Under the pieces are notes generated by a model, which had not been told where the DNA came from, ran no database searches, and was given only the letters and a program-made list of their open reading frames with translations. Both the position numbers and the translations under genes were made by a program. From positions 430,444-462,443 of the forward strand of contig PQXB01000001.1 of the NCBI GenBank assembly GCA_003194425.1: DNA of 32,000 bases. The letters run 5' to 3'. Position 1 is the stretch's first letter. Every line of letters starts with the position of its first letter. The DNA comes from Candidatus Methanophagaceae archaeon. Its GTDB lineage: Archaea > Halobacteriota > Syntropharchaeia > Alkanophagales > Methanospirareceae. Positions 8,831 through 16,143 of this stretch are shown in pieces.

Positions 8831-8845
8831 TTTTAATATTAATAC
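8831..8845 (+). promoter_or_regulatory. candidate TATA box for trpA
   Basis: The AT-only stretch ttttaatattaatac lies about 40-55 nt upstream of the trpA ATG (8886). This is a positional argument only. Confidence 0.3.
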
Positions 8846-8855
8846 TGGAAAAGAT

Positions 8856-8878
8856 AATAAAGCAGAATAAAGCAGAAT
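8856..8878. repeat. intergenic 10-bp tandem repeat (aataaagcag x2 plus a partial copy)
   Basis: aataaagcag occurs at 8856..8865 and 8866..8875, followed by aat. Confidence 0.85.
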
Positions 8879-8885
8879 CAAAGAA

Positions 8886-9746
8886 ATGAACTTGGAAGAG
8901 AAATTCGGGGCGCTGAAGAGAAAAGGGGAGAAGGCGTTGGTGGGCTTTGTAACCGCGGGCTACCCCTCCGCAGAGGCGACCACAAAAATCGCTCTCGCAA
9001 TGCTCAAGGGCGGGGTGGACATTTTAGAGCTGGGCTTGCCCTTCTCTGACCCGATTGCAGACGGCGTTACGATTCAGCAGGCGAGTGAGAGGAGTTTGCG
9101 GGCAGGAATGAACCCGGACTTGTATTTTGAGGTCGCTGCGGGGATAAAAAAAGTAGAGAAGGTCTGCCTGACTTACTACAATTTGGTCTTGCAGCGGGGG
9201 TTGGAGAAGTTCGTGAGCGACTGCGAGGCAGCGGGGATAAAAGGGGTGGTAGTGCCTGACTTACCTGTTGAGGAGGCGAGACCGTTGCTGAAGGTCTGCG
9301 ACCGCTACGACGAGACCGATTTGATTTTTCTTGTTGCGCCGACGACGACTGAGAAGAGGCTGGCGAAGATTCTGGAGGCTGCATCGGGTTTTGTTTACGT
9401 TGTCTCGCTGCTCGGCGTGACAGGTGCGAGGGAGACGATTTCGAGTTCGGTGAGCCCGCTTATTCGGAGAATACGGGAGCAGGAGCGGGTAGGAGGCAGA
9501 GAAGTACCGTTGGCGGTCGGGTTCGGGATTTCAAAGCCAGAGCAGGTAAGAAAGGTTTGTGGGTCTGGGGCCGCGGACGCGGAGACAGACGCGAACGCAG
9601 ACGGTGCGATCGTGGGCAGTGCGTTCATAAAAATAATCGAGCAGGGGTTAGCGCGGGGTTCAGAAGGAGCAGGGGACGAGGAGAAGATGCTTCGCGAGAT
9701 TGAGGAGTTTGCGGGGAGTTTGAAGAGGGAGACTTTGGTCGCCTGA
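8886..9746 (+). CDS. trpA: tryptophan synthase alpha chain
   Basis: 286 aa. LVGFVTAGYP, ELGLPFSDPIADGVTIQ, YVVSLLGVTG and GFGISKPEQV match the TrpA TIM barrel. No trpB or other trp gene is adjacent. Confidence 0.9.
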   Translation: MNLEEKFGALKRKGEKALVGFVTAGYPSAEATTKIALAMLKGGVDILELGLPFSDPIADGVTIQQASERSLRAGMNPDLYFEVAAGIKKVEKVCLTYYNLVLQRGLEKFVSDCEAAGIKGVVVPDLPVEEARPLLKVCDRYDETDLIFLVAPTTTEKRLAKILEAASGFVYVVSLLGVTGARETISSSVSPLIRRIREQERVGGREVPLAVGFGISKPEQVRKVCGSGAADAETDANADGAIVGSAFIKIIEQGLARGSEGAGDEEKMLREIEEFAGSLKRETLVA

Positions 9747-9808
9747 CTCCTGACTTGACGAAAGTTTATTTAGATAAAATACATTTTTTACGCGGCAGGA
9801 GAAGAAAT

Positions 9809-9881
9809 AGCCCGGTAGTGTAGAGGTCAAGCATCCGAGGCCCTGGACCTCGTGACAGCGGTTCGAATCCGTTCCGGGCTA
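9809..9881 (+). tRNA. tRNA-Gln (anticodon CUG), no intron, no encoded CCA
   Basis: Manual fold: acceptor AGCCCGG/CCGGGCT plus discriminator A, D arm GTGT/GCAT, anticodon stem CGAGG/CCTCG, loop CCCTGGA (CTG at 9843..9845), T arm AGCGG-TTCGAAT-CCGTT. An oligo-T run follows (9882..9886). Position 33 reads C, not the usual U. Confidence 0.8.
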
Positions 9882-9910
9882 TTTTTATCAAGTTTTACCT
9901 AGGCAGGAAA

Positions 9911-10963
9911 ATGGGGTTAACGGGGAGACCACAAGAGAAATTAAGAGACGCTTACGGCAGGGAGGTGAGGAGTTTGAGGTTCTCTCTCACGCGGCGGTGT
10001 AACCTGAACTGCATTTACTGCCACAACGAAGGAGAGGCGAGAAGAGAGCAGGTGGGTGGAAAGGAGCGGGTGGGTGGAAAGGAGCGGGGAGAGAGAGGAG
10101 AGCGAGGAGAGAGGGGAGAAATAAGTGCTGAGCTTGTAGTGGCGGTGGCGAGGGTTGCGTCTCTTTGGTTCGGCGTGAGGCGAGTGAAAATCACGGGCGG
10201 CGAGCCGTTGCTGCGAAACGACCTTACAGAAATTGTTCAGGGCATTCGAGAGCACGAGGACGAAATCTCGCTGACTACGAACGGCACGCTCTTGAGTGGG
10301 CGTGCGGCTGACCTTGCAGACGCGGGGCTGGACAGGGTGAACGTGAGCCTTGACTCGCTCAAAGAGGAGCGGTACGACTTCGTTACCTCCTCGAGCGGCA
10401 ATCTTCCGAAGGTTGTTGAAGGCGTGTGGAGCGCGATCGACGCAGGGCTCACGCCGGTCAAACTGAACACGGTTCTGCTGCAAGGAATAAACGAGGACGA
10501 GGTCGCTGACCTGATAAATTTCGTGCGGGCGTGTAACAAGAGAGGCGGCGGGGGGGTCGCAATTTTGCAATTAATAGAATTAATGCCTTATTTCTCCCTC
10601 AACGCACAAATGCAAAATTACAAGACAGACTTCTCGGCAGTCGAAGCGGAACTCAAGTCGAGGGCGACGGCTGTTAAAACAAGACGGCTGCAGCGCAGGA
10701 AAAAATATTTTGTGGGCGGCGCGGAAGGAGTAGAAGGAGTAGAAGTGGAGGTCGTGCACCCGATTGACAACACCGAGTTCTGTGCAAACTGCTCGCGGTT
10801 GCGGGTCACTTCTGACGGGAAAATAAAGCCCTGTCTGCTGCGAGACGACAATCTCGTTCCCCTTGAGGGGGCGGGTGTGGACGAAGAGAGCGAGGAGGAA
10901 ATAGCGGAGAAGTTGAGGTTGGCGGTAAGGTACAGAGAGCCGTTTTTTTGTAAAAATGAATGA
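9911..10963 (+). CDS. moaA: GTP 3',8-cyclase (molybdenum cofactor biosynthesis protein A), radical SAM, with a repeat insert
   Basis: The CNLNCIYCH radical-SAM cluster motif, KITGGEPLLR, a C-terminal CANCSRLRVTSDGKIKPCL second cluster and LSLTTNG are present. The insert REQVGGKERVGGKERGERGERGERGE comes right after the CxxxCxxC motif. Confidence 0.9.
   Translation: MGLTGRPQEKLRDAYGREVRSLRFSLTRRCNLNCIYCHNEGEARREQVGGKERVGGKERGERGERGERGEISAELVVAVARVASLWFGVRRVKITGGEPLLRNDLTEIVQGIREHEDEISLTTNGTLLSGRAADLADAGLDRVNVSLDSLKEERYDFVTSSSGNLPKVVEGVWSAIDAGLTPVKLNTVLLQGINEDEVADLINFVRACNKRGGGGVAILQLIELMPYFSLNAQMQNYKTDFSAVEAELKSRATAVKTRRLQRRKKYFVGGAEGVEGVEVEVVHPIDNTEFCANCSRLRVTSDGKIKPCLLRDDNLVPLEGAGVDEESEEEIAEKLRLAVRYREPFFCKNE
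10052..10120. repeat. in-frame tandem repeats in moaA: 18 bp x2, then 9 bp x3-4
   Basis: gtgggtggaaaggagcgg occurs at 10052 and 10070 (identical), followed by ggagagaga, ggagagcga, ggagagagg and ggagaa. Confidence 0.9.
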
Positions 10964-11147
10964 AAAAATGGAAGTCAAAGTAGAAGTAGAGGTGGCGATT
11001 TTAGTGGACGGAGAGGAAGTGGAAGCGAACGAGTTCGTGCAAACTTTGATTGGAAGAGCGGTTGCGGGTGCGGTCTCGGCGCTGAAGGGTGTGAAAGAGG
11101 AGTGGGAAGAGTTGGAGGTAAGGGTAAAGAGGAGGACTTATTCATAA
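10956..11147 (+). CDS. hypothetical small acidic protein (63 aa) wedged between moaA and secD
   Basis: The ATG overlaps the moaA stop (10961..10963), and the stop (11145..11147) is 2 nt before the secD ATG. The sequence MNEKMEVKVEVEVAILVDGEEVEANEFVQTLIGRAVAGAVSALKGVKEEWEELEVRVKRRTYS is not low-complexity in its core. I recognise no family. Confidence 0.4.
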   Translation: MNEKMEVKVEVEVAILVDGEEVEANEFVQTLIGRAVAGAVSALKGVKEEWEELEVRVKRRTYS

Positions 11148-11149
11148 AG

Positions 11150-12715
11150 ATGAAAAAGAGCGAGAGAGGACTGCTGGGAGACATAAAAGTAACGGGGCTG
11201 CTGCTCTGCGTTTTAGCCTCTTTTGTGGTAATTTACGCGTTTCCGCCACCGCCTGCAGGTGCGGGGCTAAACGGCAACCTGAAGTACGGCTTGGACTTGG
11301 TTGGCGGGAGTTCGCTGCAGTTGAAGTTGGAGGGCAGGTTGGTCAGAATAAACGCGTCTGCTAACGCGTCAGAGGTCGCCTCTTTTCTCAGCGAGGCGCT
11401 GGACACCGAAGTAACTTATTTTAACACGACCGACGGCGGGACTTACGAGTACGAGATAAGGAAGAGCGTTACAAAAGAGCGGTTGTCAGAGGTTTTGGCG
11501 GAGATTAACGGCAGCATTGCGAAGAAGCCGAACGGAGAGGACTTCTTTGAGGAGGCGGTAACGCCTGCGACAAGGGACGAGACGCGGCGAATAATTGAAA
11601 CAAAGATAAATATGCTGGGCTTGGCGAGCACGACGATCCGAACCGTCGGGAACAACCTGATGATCATTGACTTAGCGGGAATTGACATTCAAACTGCGAA
11701 GAAAATCGTGGGCAAGCCCGGGAAGTTCGAGATTCGGATTCAGACGAACGGCACGGCAGGGGCGGTCAGAGAAGGGGCGAGGCTGGCGGAAATCGAGAAC
11801 TTCACCGCTCACGTCGTCTACGGCAGCGAGGGAATTGAGAGCCGAAGCGTAGCGACAATACCGACGCGAGAGGGCGCGGGCGCGGGCGCGAGCGAAGAGA
11901 CAGCACCGTGGGGTGCCTCGTTCAGACTGAAGGAGAAGGGTGCGGTTGCGTTGCAGGAAGCGGCGAAGAAATACAACCTGACGAGCAACCCGACTGAGGA
12001 GTTTTTACGAGAGCACGCGTTGGCGATGCTGCTCGACGATGTCGTGATTTACAACGGCACGCTAAGGCCCGAACTCGCAGCGGACTTGGGCGAGAAGCCG
12101 GTTTACAGTCTGGTTGCTCTGACTGGTACGGGGGACGAGGGCTTGAAGCGGGCGAGAGAGTTAATAATTCACTTAAAGGCGGGCGTGTTGCCCGTGAATG
12201 TGGAAATAATCGGCTCGGGCGAAGTCCCCGCCTACTTGGGTGCGAGGTTCAAGGTGGGGGCGTTGGCTGCGGGGCTGCTCGCTCTTCTCGCGGTTACGGG
12301 CGTTGTTTTCCTGCGGTACCGGGAGCGGAAAATCGTGCTGCCGATGTTTTTCACGCTGCTCAGCGAGGTGGTCTTGATTTTGGGCTTTGCTGCGGTGATT
12401 GGGTGGCAGTTGGACCTGCCGAGCATTGCGGGAATAATCGCGGTCATCGGCACGGGCGTTGACCAGCTTGTGATAATTACTGACGAGGTGCTCGCAGGAG
12501 GGCGTTCGTCTGCGCGAATGTACCGCAAGCGAATAGATTTTGCGTTCGGCATAATTTTCGCGTCTGCAACGACGACGATTGTGGCAATGCTCGCTCTTGC
12601 TTTTATGGCGCTCGGCACGCTGCGGGGTTTCGCGATCGTGACGATCGTTGGGCTGCTCTTCGGGATTTTTGTTACGCGACCAGCTTACGCGAGGGTGGTG
12701 GAGTGGATAATTTGA
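11150..12715 (+). CDS. secD: protein-export membrane protein SecD
   Basis: ATG 11150 gives MKKSERGLLGDIKVTGLLLCVLASF, an N-terminal TM helix. A large extracytoplasmic domain (GLDLVGGSSLQLKLE) follows, then a C-terminal 5-TM SecD/SecF-type bundle (IAGIIAVIGTGVDQLVIITDE). No secF is adjacent. Confidence 0.8.
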   Translation: MKKSERGLLGDIKVTGLLLCVLASFVVIYAFPPPPAGAGLNGNLKYGLDLVGGSSLQLKLEGRLVRINASANASEVASFLSEALDTEVTYFNTTDGGTYEYEIRKSVTKERLSEVLAEINGSIAKKPNGEDFFEEAVTPATRDETRRIIETKINMLGLASTTIRTVGNNLMIIDLAGIDIQTAKKIVGKPGKFEIRIQTNGTAGAVREGARLAEIENFTAHVVYGSEGIESRSVATIPTREGAGAGASEETAPWGASFRLKEKGAVALQEAAKKYNLTSNPTEEFLREHALAMLLDDVVIYNGTLRPELAADLGEKPVYSLVALTGTGDEGLKRARELIIHLKAGVLPVNVEIIGSGEVPAYLGARFKVGALAAGLLALLAVTGVVFLRYRERKIVLPMFFTLLSEVVLILGFAAVIGWQLDLPSIAGIIAVIGTGVDQLVIITDEVLAGGRSSARMYRKRIDFAFGIIFASATTTIVAMLALAFMALGTLRGFAIVTIVGLLFGIFVTRPAYARVVEWII

Positions 12716-12798
12716 AGCACGAGAAAAGCACGAGAAAATCACGAGAAAAAGAAGAGTACTACGGGCTTTTGGACGCGGTGTTTAGACGCGGTGTTTAG
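12716..12798. repeat. intergenic tandem repeats: 11 bp x3 (12716..12748) and 13 bp x2 (12773..12798)
   Basis: The 11-bp units are agcacgagaaa, agcacgagaaa and atcacgagaaa. acgcggtgtttag occurs at 12773 and 12786. The tract starts one base after the secD stop. Confidence 0.9.
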
Positions 12799-12832
12799 TC
12801 GGGTAAAAAAGAGGTTTGAAGAGTTGTGAGGT

Positions 12833-15136
12833 TTGGAAATTGTGAATGAGAAGCAGGAGTTGTTGAGGTTGCTGCGGGGGGGTATTTTGAGGAGTGTTCC
12901 GCGAGGGGAAGAGAAGGGGGAGGAGAAAGGAAAGAAGAAGTTTGGAGTGCTTTTTTCGGGGGGGTTGGATTCTACGCTCCTCGCTTGGCTGTGCAAGGAA
13001 GAGGGGCTTGATTTTGCCTGCTACACGGCGGCGGTAGAGGAAGCGGGGACGAGGGAGAGGGAGGGAGAGGAAGAGGGGGAGGGAGAAGAGGTAAGGAGGA
13101 AGGGGCTGAAAGAGGCGGAGGATTTGAGGTGGGCGAGGCGAGTTGCGGCGGATTTGGGGTTTGAGTTGCGGGTTAAGACGGTGGGGGTAGCGGAGGTGGA
13201 GGAGATTTTGAGGGAGGTGGTTCTGCTCTTTGGGGAGGAGGATGTGGTGAAGGTGAGCGTGGCGTTGCCTTTTCTCGTGGGCTGCAGGCAGGCAAGAGAG
13301 GACGGCGTAAAGACGCTCCTCTACGGGCTCGGGGCAGAGGAACTGTTCGCAGGCTACGCAAGGCACCGGCGAGTGAGGCGGGAGGACTTGAACAAGGAGT
13401 GTCGGGCGGGTTTGGCGGCGCTGCCCGAGCGGGACCTTTACAGGGACTGGCTGGTGGCGAAGGCGGCGGGAATTTCACTGCGGGCGCCGTTCTTGGCGGA
13501 GGAGTTCGTTGAGTTCGCGTTGCGGCTGCCTGCCTCGTGCAAACTCTCAACGCCAAACGGTGAGAACGGCGAGAACGAGAACAGCGAGGACAAGGTGATT
13601 TTAAGGGAAATTGCGAGGGACTTGGGGCTGGGAGAGGTCGCGGGCAGGAAAAAACGGGCGGTGCAGTACGGTTCGAATTTCCTGAAGGCGTTGGAGAAAC
13701 TGGCGAAGAGAAACGGTTTTAAGTACAAGAGGGACTACCTGCGGAGTTTTTTCCCGCCCCGAAATCTAAAGTTGGGCTGCCTCTTCAGTTCGGGCAAGGA
13801 CAGTGCCTTTGCACTCTGGCTAACGCGGAGGGCGGGCTGCAGAGTGGTGTGTTTGGTCACGTTAAAGAGCCGAAACCCCAACTCCTACCTCTTTCACACG
13901 CCCGCGGTGGAGTTGGCGGAGTTGCAGGCGGAGGCGGTTGGGCTGCCGTTGGTTCTGCAGGAGACCGCAGGCGAGAAGGAGGCGGAGTTGGAGGACTTGC
14001 GTGCTGCTCTGCGGACGGCGAAGGCGAGGCACGGGGTCGAGGGCGTCGTAACCGGTGCGTTGTGGAGCAGCTACCAGAAGGAGCGTTTTGAGAGGGTTGC
14101 GAGTGAAGAGAACCTCAAGGTCTTCTCGCCGTTGTGGCACTGCAACCAGGAGACCGAGTTGCGGCTCGCGGTCGCCAACTTTGAGGTGATTTTTACGAGC
14201 GTCGCCGCGCAGGGACTGGACAAGAGCTGGCTCGGCAGGCGAATAACTGCGGAGGATGTCGAGCGGTTGGCGGAGTTGAACAAAAAAATAGCGAAGCATT
14301 TTAATCAAACTTTTCTAAAGTTTGGTGGAATAAATGTTGCAGGAGAGGGCGGGGAGTTCGAGTCGCTGGTTCTCGACGGTCCGAAAGAGCTCTTCAAGAA
14401 ACGGCTGGTCGTGTTGGAGAGCGAGGTTGTGGAGGAGGACGAGAACACGGCGAGACTGGTAGTGAAGAAGGCGAGGCTGGAGGAGAAGGTAAAGGAGGAG
14501 GAGAAGGGGAAGGAGGAGGAGAAGAGGAAGGAGGAGGAGAAGGGGAAGGAGGAGGAGAAGGGGAAGGAGGAGGAGAAGGGGAAGGAAGAAGGAGAAATGT
14601 CAATTCCGGAGAAGCATAAAAAAGGGGCGAAGAAGAAGTTTAAATGTGCTGTGCTCACGGTAAGCACCTCTAAATTCTGGAGGCGAGAGAGGGGCGAGTC
14701 GGAAGAGGAGGTCGCGGATTTGTCAGGCAAAATAGCGAAGGAACTTGTAGCGAGAGCAGGGCACGAGGTGGTTTTCTACGACCTGCTGCCCGACGAGGAG
14801 GAGAAAATAAAAGAGGGCGTCTCAAGTGCGTTGAAGAGTGGGGCGGATTTTGTTGTTACCTCTGGCGGAACAGGCTTGACAAAGAGCGACCTCACGATTG
14901 AGGTTGTCTCGAGACTGCTGGAGAAGGAGATGCCGGGGTTTGGCGAAATCTTCAGGCTGAAGAGCTACGAGACTGCGGGGGTCGGCACCGCGGCGGTCTT
15001 GAGCCGTGCGGTTGCTGGCGTCGTGGGGCAGAAGGCGGTCTTCTGCCTGCCCGGGTCGCCAGACGCGGTTAGGCTGGCGTTGAGCGAGATAATTCTGCCG
15101 GAAATAGGGCATATTCTGAAGCACGCGAGGGAGTGA
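12833..15136 (+). CDS. uninterrupted triple-domain ORF: Asn-synthase-like PP-loop domain, Dph6/MJ0570-like ATP-binding domain and MoaB/MogA domain
   Basis: 767 aa with no in-frame stop. Domain 1 has FSGGLDSTLLAWL, LYGLGAEELFAGY and ISLRAPFL (AsnB synthetase domain, no glutaminase domain). Domain 2 has LFSSGKDSAFALW, FHTPAVELAELQAEAVGLP, GALWSSYQKERFERV and GEGGEFESLVLDGP (diphthine-ammonia ligase family). Domain 3 has CAVLTVSTSKF, SGGTGLTKSDLT and CLPGSPDAV (MoaB). The start is uncertain (TTG 12833 or GTG 12842; there is no early ATG). Inserts include GEEKGEEKGKKK, EREGEEEGEGEE and (EEEKGK)n. Confidence 0.75.
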   Translation: MEIVNEKQELLRLLRGGILRSVPRGEEKGEEKGKKKFGVLFSGGLDSTLLAWLCKEEGLDFACYTAAVEEAGTREREGEEEGEGEEVRRKGLKEAEDLRWARRVAADLGFELRVKTVGVAEVEEILREVVLLFGEEDVVKVSVALPFLVGCRQAREDGVKTLLYGLGAEELFAGYARHRRVRREDLNKECRAGLAALPERDLYRDWLVAKAAGISLRAPFLAEEFVEFALRLPASCKLSTPNGENGENENSEDKVILREIARDLGLGEVAGRKKRAVQYGSNFLKALEKLAKRNGFKYKRDYLRSFFPPRNLKLGCLFSSGKDSAFALWLTRRAGCRVVCLVTLKSRNPNSYLFHTPAVELAELQAEAVGLPLVLQETAGEKEAELEDLRAALRTAKARHGVEGVVTGALWSSYQKERFERVASEENLKVFSPLWHCNQETELRLAVANFEVIFTSVAAQGLDKSWLGRRITAEDVERLAELNKKIAKHFNQTFLKFGGINVAGEGGEFESLVLDGPKELFKKRLVVLESEVVEEDENTARLVVKKARLEEKVKEEEKGKEEEKRKEEEKGKEEEKGKEEEKGKEEGEMSIPEKHKKGAKKKFKCAVLTVSTSKFWRRERGESEEEVADLSGKIAKELVARAGHEVVFYDLLPDEEEKIKEGVSSALKSGADFVVTSGGTGLTKSDLTIEVVSRLLEKEMPGFGEIFRLKSYETAGVGTAAVLSRAVAGVVGQKAVFCLPGSPDAVRLALSEIILPEIGHILKHARE
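14492..14581. repeat. 18-bp tandem repeat x5 (aaggaggaggagaagggg) at the Dph6-like/MoaB junction, in frame
   Basis: Copies sit at 14492, 14510 (one substitution), 14528, 14546 and 14564. They encode KEEEKG repeats and end 15 nt before the internal ATG at 14597. Confidence 0.95.
14597..15136 (+). CDS. moaB: possible independently translated MoaB cistron nested in the fusion ORF
   Basis: The in-frame ATG at 14597 is preceded by gaaggagaa (Shine-Dalgarno-like). The 179-aa product MSIPEKHKKGAKKKFKCAVLTV... has the normal length and N-terminus of a stand-alone MoaB. Confidence 0.45.
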   Translation: MSIPEKHKKGAKKKFKCAVLTVSTSKFWRRERGESEEEVADLSGKIAKELVARAGHEVVFYDLLPDEEEKIKEGVSSALKSGADFVVTSGGTGLTKSDLTIEVVSRLLEKEMPGFGEIFRLKSYETAGVGTAAVLSRAVAGVVGQKAVFCLPGSPDAVRLALSEIILPEIGHILKHARE

Positions 15137-15152
15137 GTGCGAAGGCTAAAAG

Positions 15153-15226
15153 TGGGGTCGGTGCGATTTGAACGCACGATCGGCGAGTCTGGAGCCCGCT
15201 GCCCTTCCGAACTAGGCCACGACCCC
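15153..15226 (-). tRNA. tRNA-Trp (anticodon CCA), no intron
   Basis: The reverse complement folds as acceptor GGGGTCG/CGACCCC plus discriminator A, D arm GCCT/GGGC, anticodon stem GCGGG/CTCGC, loop CTCCAGA and T arm GTGCG-TTCAAAT-CGCAC. Confidence 0.9.
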
Positions 15227-15251
15227 TTCCTACATTTACAACATTTTATCC

Positions 15252-15260
15252 TTTTAAAAA
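15252..15260 (-). promoter_or_regulatory. candidate TATA box for tRNA-Trp
   Basis: tttttaaaa on the minus strand is centred about 30 nt upstream of the tRNA 5-prime end (15226), squeezed against the methyltransferase stop codon (15264..15266). Confidence 0.4.
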
Positions 15261-15263
15261 CCT

Positions 15264-16106
15264 TCAGCAACGCCACCTCAAAATCTCCGGCTCTGGCGAC
15301 AGAAACTTAAACCCCTCGGCAAACAATTTCTTCTGCCTCTCGCTCTCTCGAATTCTCTCCAAAGCCGTCTCGCAGTACTCCGGCGAGACCTCGACTCCTA
15401 CGAACCGCCTCCGCAGTTTAAACGCCACGAAAGTGGTCGTGCCTGCTCCGTTGAAAGGGTCAAGGACGAGGTCGCCCCTGTAGGAGAACAATTTCATCAC
15501 CCGCCTCGGCAGTTCCTCTGGAAACATCGCCGGATGCCCGAATTCCTTCATTCTCGTCTCTGGCGCAAACTTCCACCTCGCAAAGACCCACTCTTTGAAC
15601 TCCGCGTCCGTAATGTCCGCGTCCTCCCGCCTGCCTGCTTTCTTGTGCGTCGCCTTGTCGAAAATCTCGATGAACTCCCAAGTGTATTTCAGGTACGGCA
15701 TTGACGGCGACTTCCAACTGCCCCAAGCCGTGTATTTGGCGTTGTAGTTGCTCTTCTCCCACAGCACCTCCGCCTTCCACAGAAACCCAATTTTTAGCAG
15801 TTGGTTCGAGATTAGGTGGTGCGTGGGAATGTAGTCAGAGAAGAGCGGTTGGACGTTCACTGCGATTCTCCCGCCCGGTTTCAGCACCCTGTAGCACTCC
15901 TCCCAAACCGCGTTCAAACTCTTGAAGTAGTCGTTCCACTCTCGCGTGTCTCCACTCGGGTCGTTCGCGTAGCACTGCCCGAAGTTGTAAGGCGGTGAGG
16001 TTACGACAAGGTCAACGGAATTTGCAGGAATCGCAGGCAGCACCTCCTCTGACCTCCCGCAGATTATTTTGTTGACAAATTCCTCTACTCTTCTTCTCTC
16101 CTGCAC
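15264..16106 (-). CDS. DNA methyltransferase, beta-class N4-cytosine/N6-adenine (N6_N4_Mtase family), orphan
   Basis: 280 aa with a GTG start. The catalytic motif IV VVTSPPYNF precedes the AdoMet motif I VLDPFNGAGTT, which is the beta-class order. HPAMFPEELP is also present. No restriction endonuclease-like ORF is on either side. Confidence 0.85.
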   Translation of the reverse strand: MQERRRVEEFVNKIICGRSEEVLPAIPANSVDLVVTSPPYNFGQCYANDPSGDTREWNDYFKSLNAVWEECYRVLKPGGRIAVNVQPLFSDYIPTHHLISNQLLKIGFLWKAEVLWEKSNYNAKYTAWGSWKSPSMPYLKYTWEFIEIFDKATHKKAGRREDADITDAEFKEWVFARWKFAPETRMKEFGHPAMFPEELPRRVMKLFSYRGDLVLDPFNGAGTTTFVAFKLRRRFVGVEVSPEYCETALERIRESERQKKLFAEGFKFLSPEPEILRWRC

Positions 16107-16114
16107 GACGCCCG

Positions 16115-16143
16115 CACCTCAACACCTCAACACCTCACCTCAA
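16115..16143. repeat. intergenic 8-bp tandem repeat (cacctcaa x2, then shortened copies cacctca and cctcaa) running into the rpl15e stop codon
   Basis: cacctcaa occurs at 16115 and 16123, then cacctca at 16131 and cctcaa at 16138. The rpl15e stop (tca on +) is 16140..16142. Confidence 0.85.

Noticed and set aside
15153-16143. Integrated mobile element at tRNA-Trp carrying the methyltransferase
   Set aside because: There is no integrase, no duplicated tRNA 3-prime segment on the distal side and no other cargo genes. Only about 0.9 kb lies between the tRNA and rpl15e.
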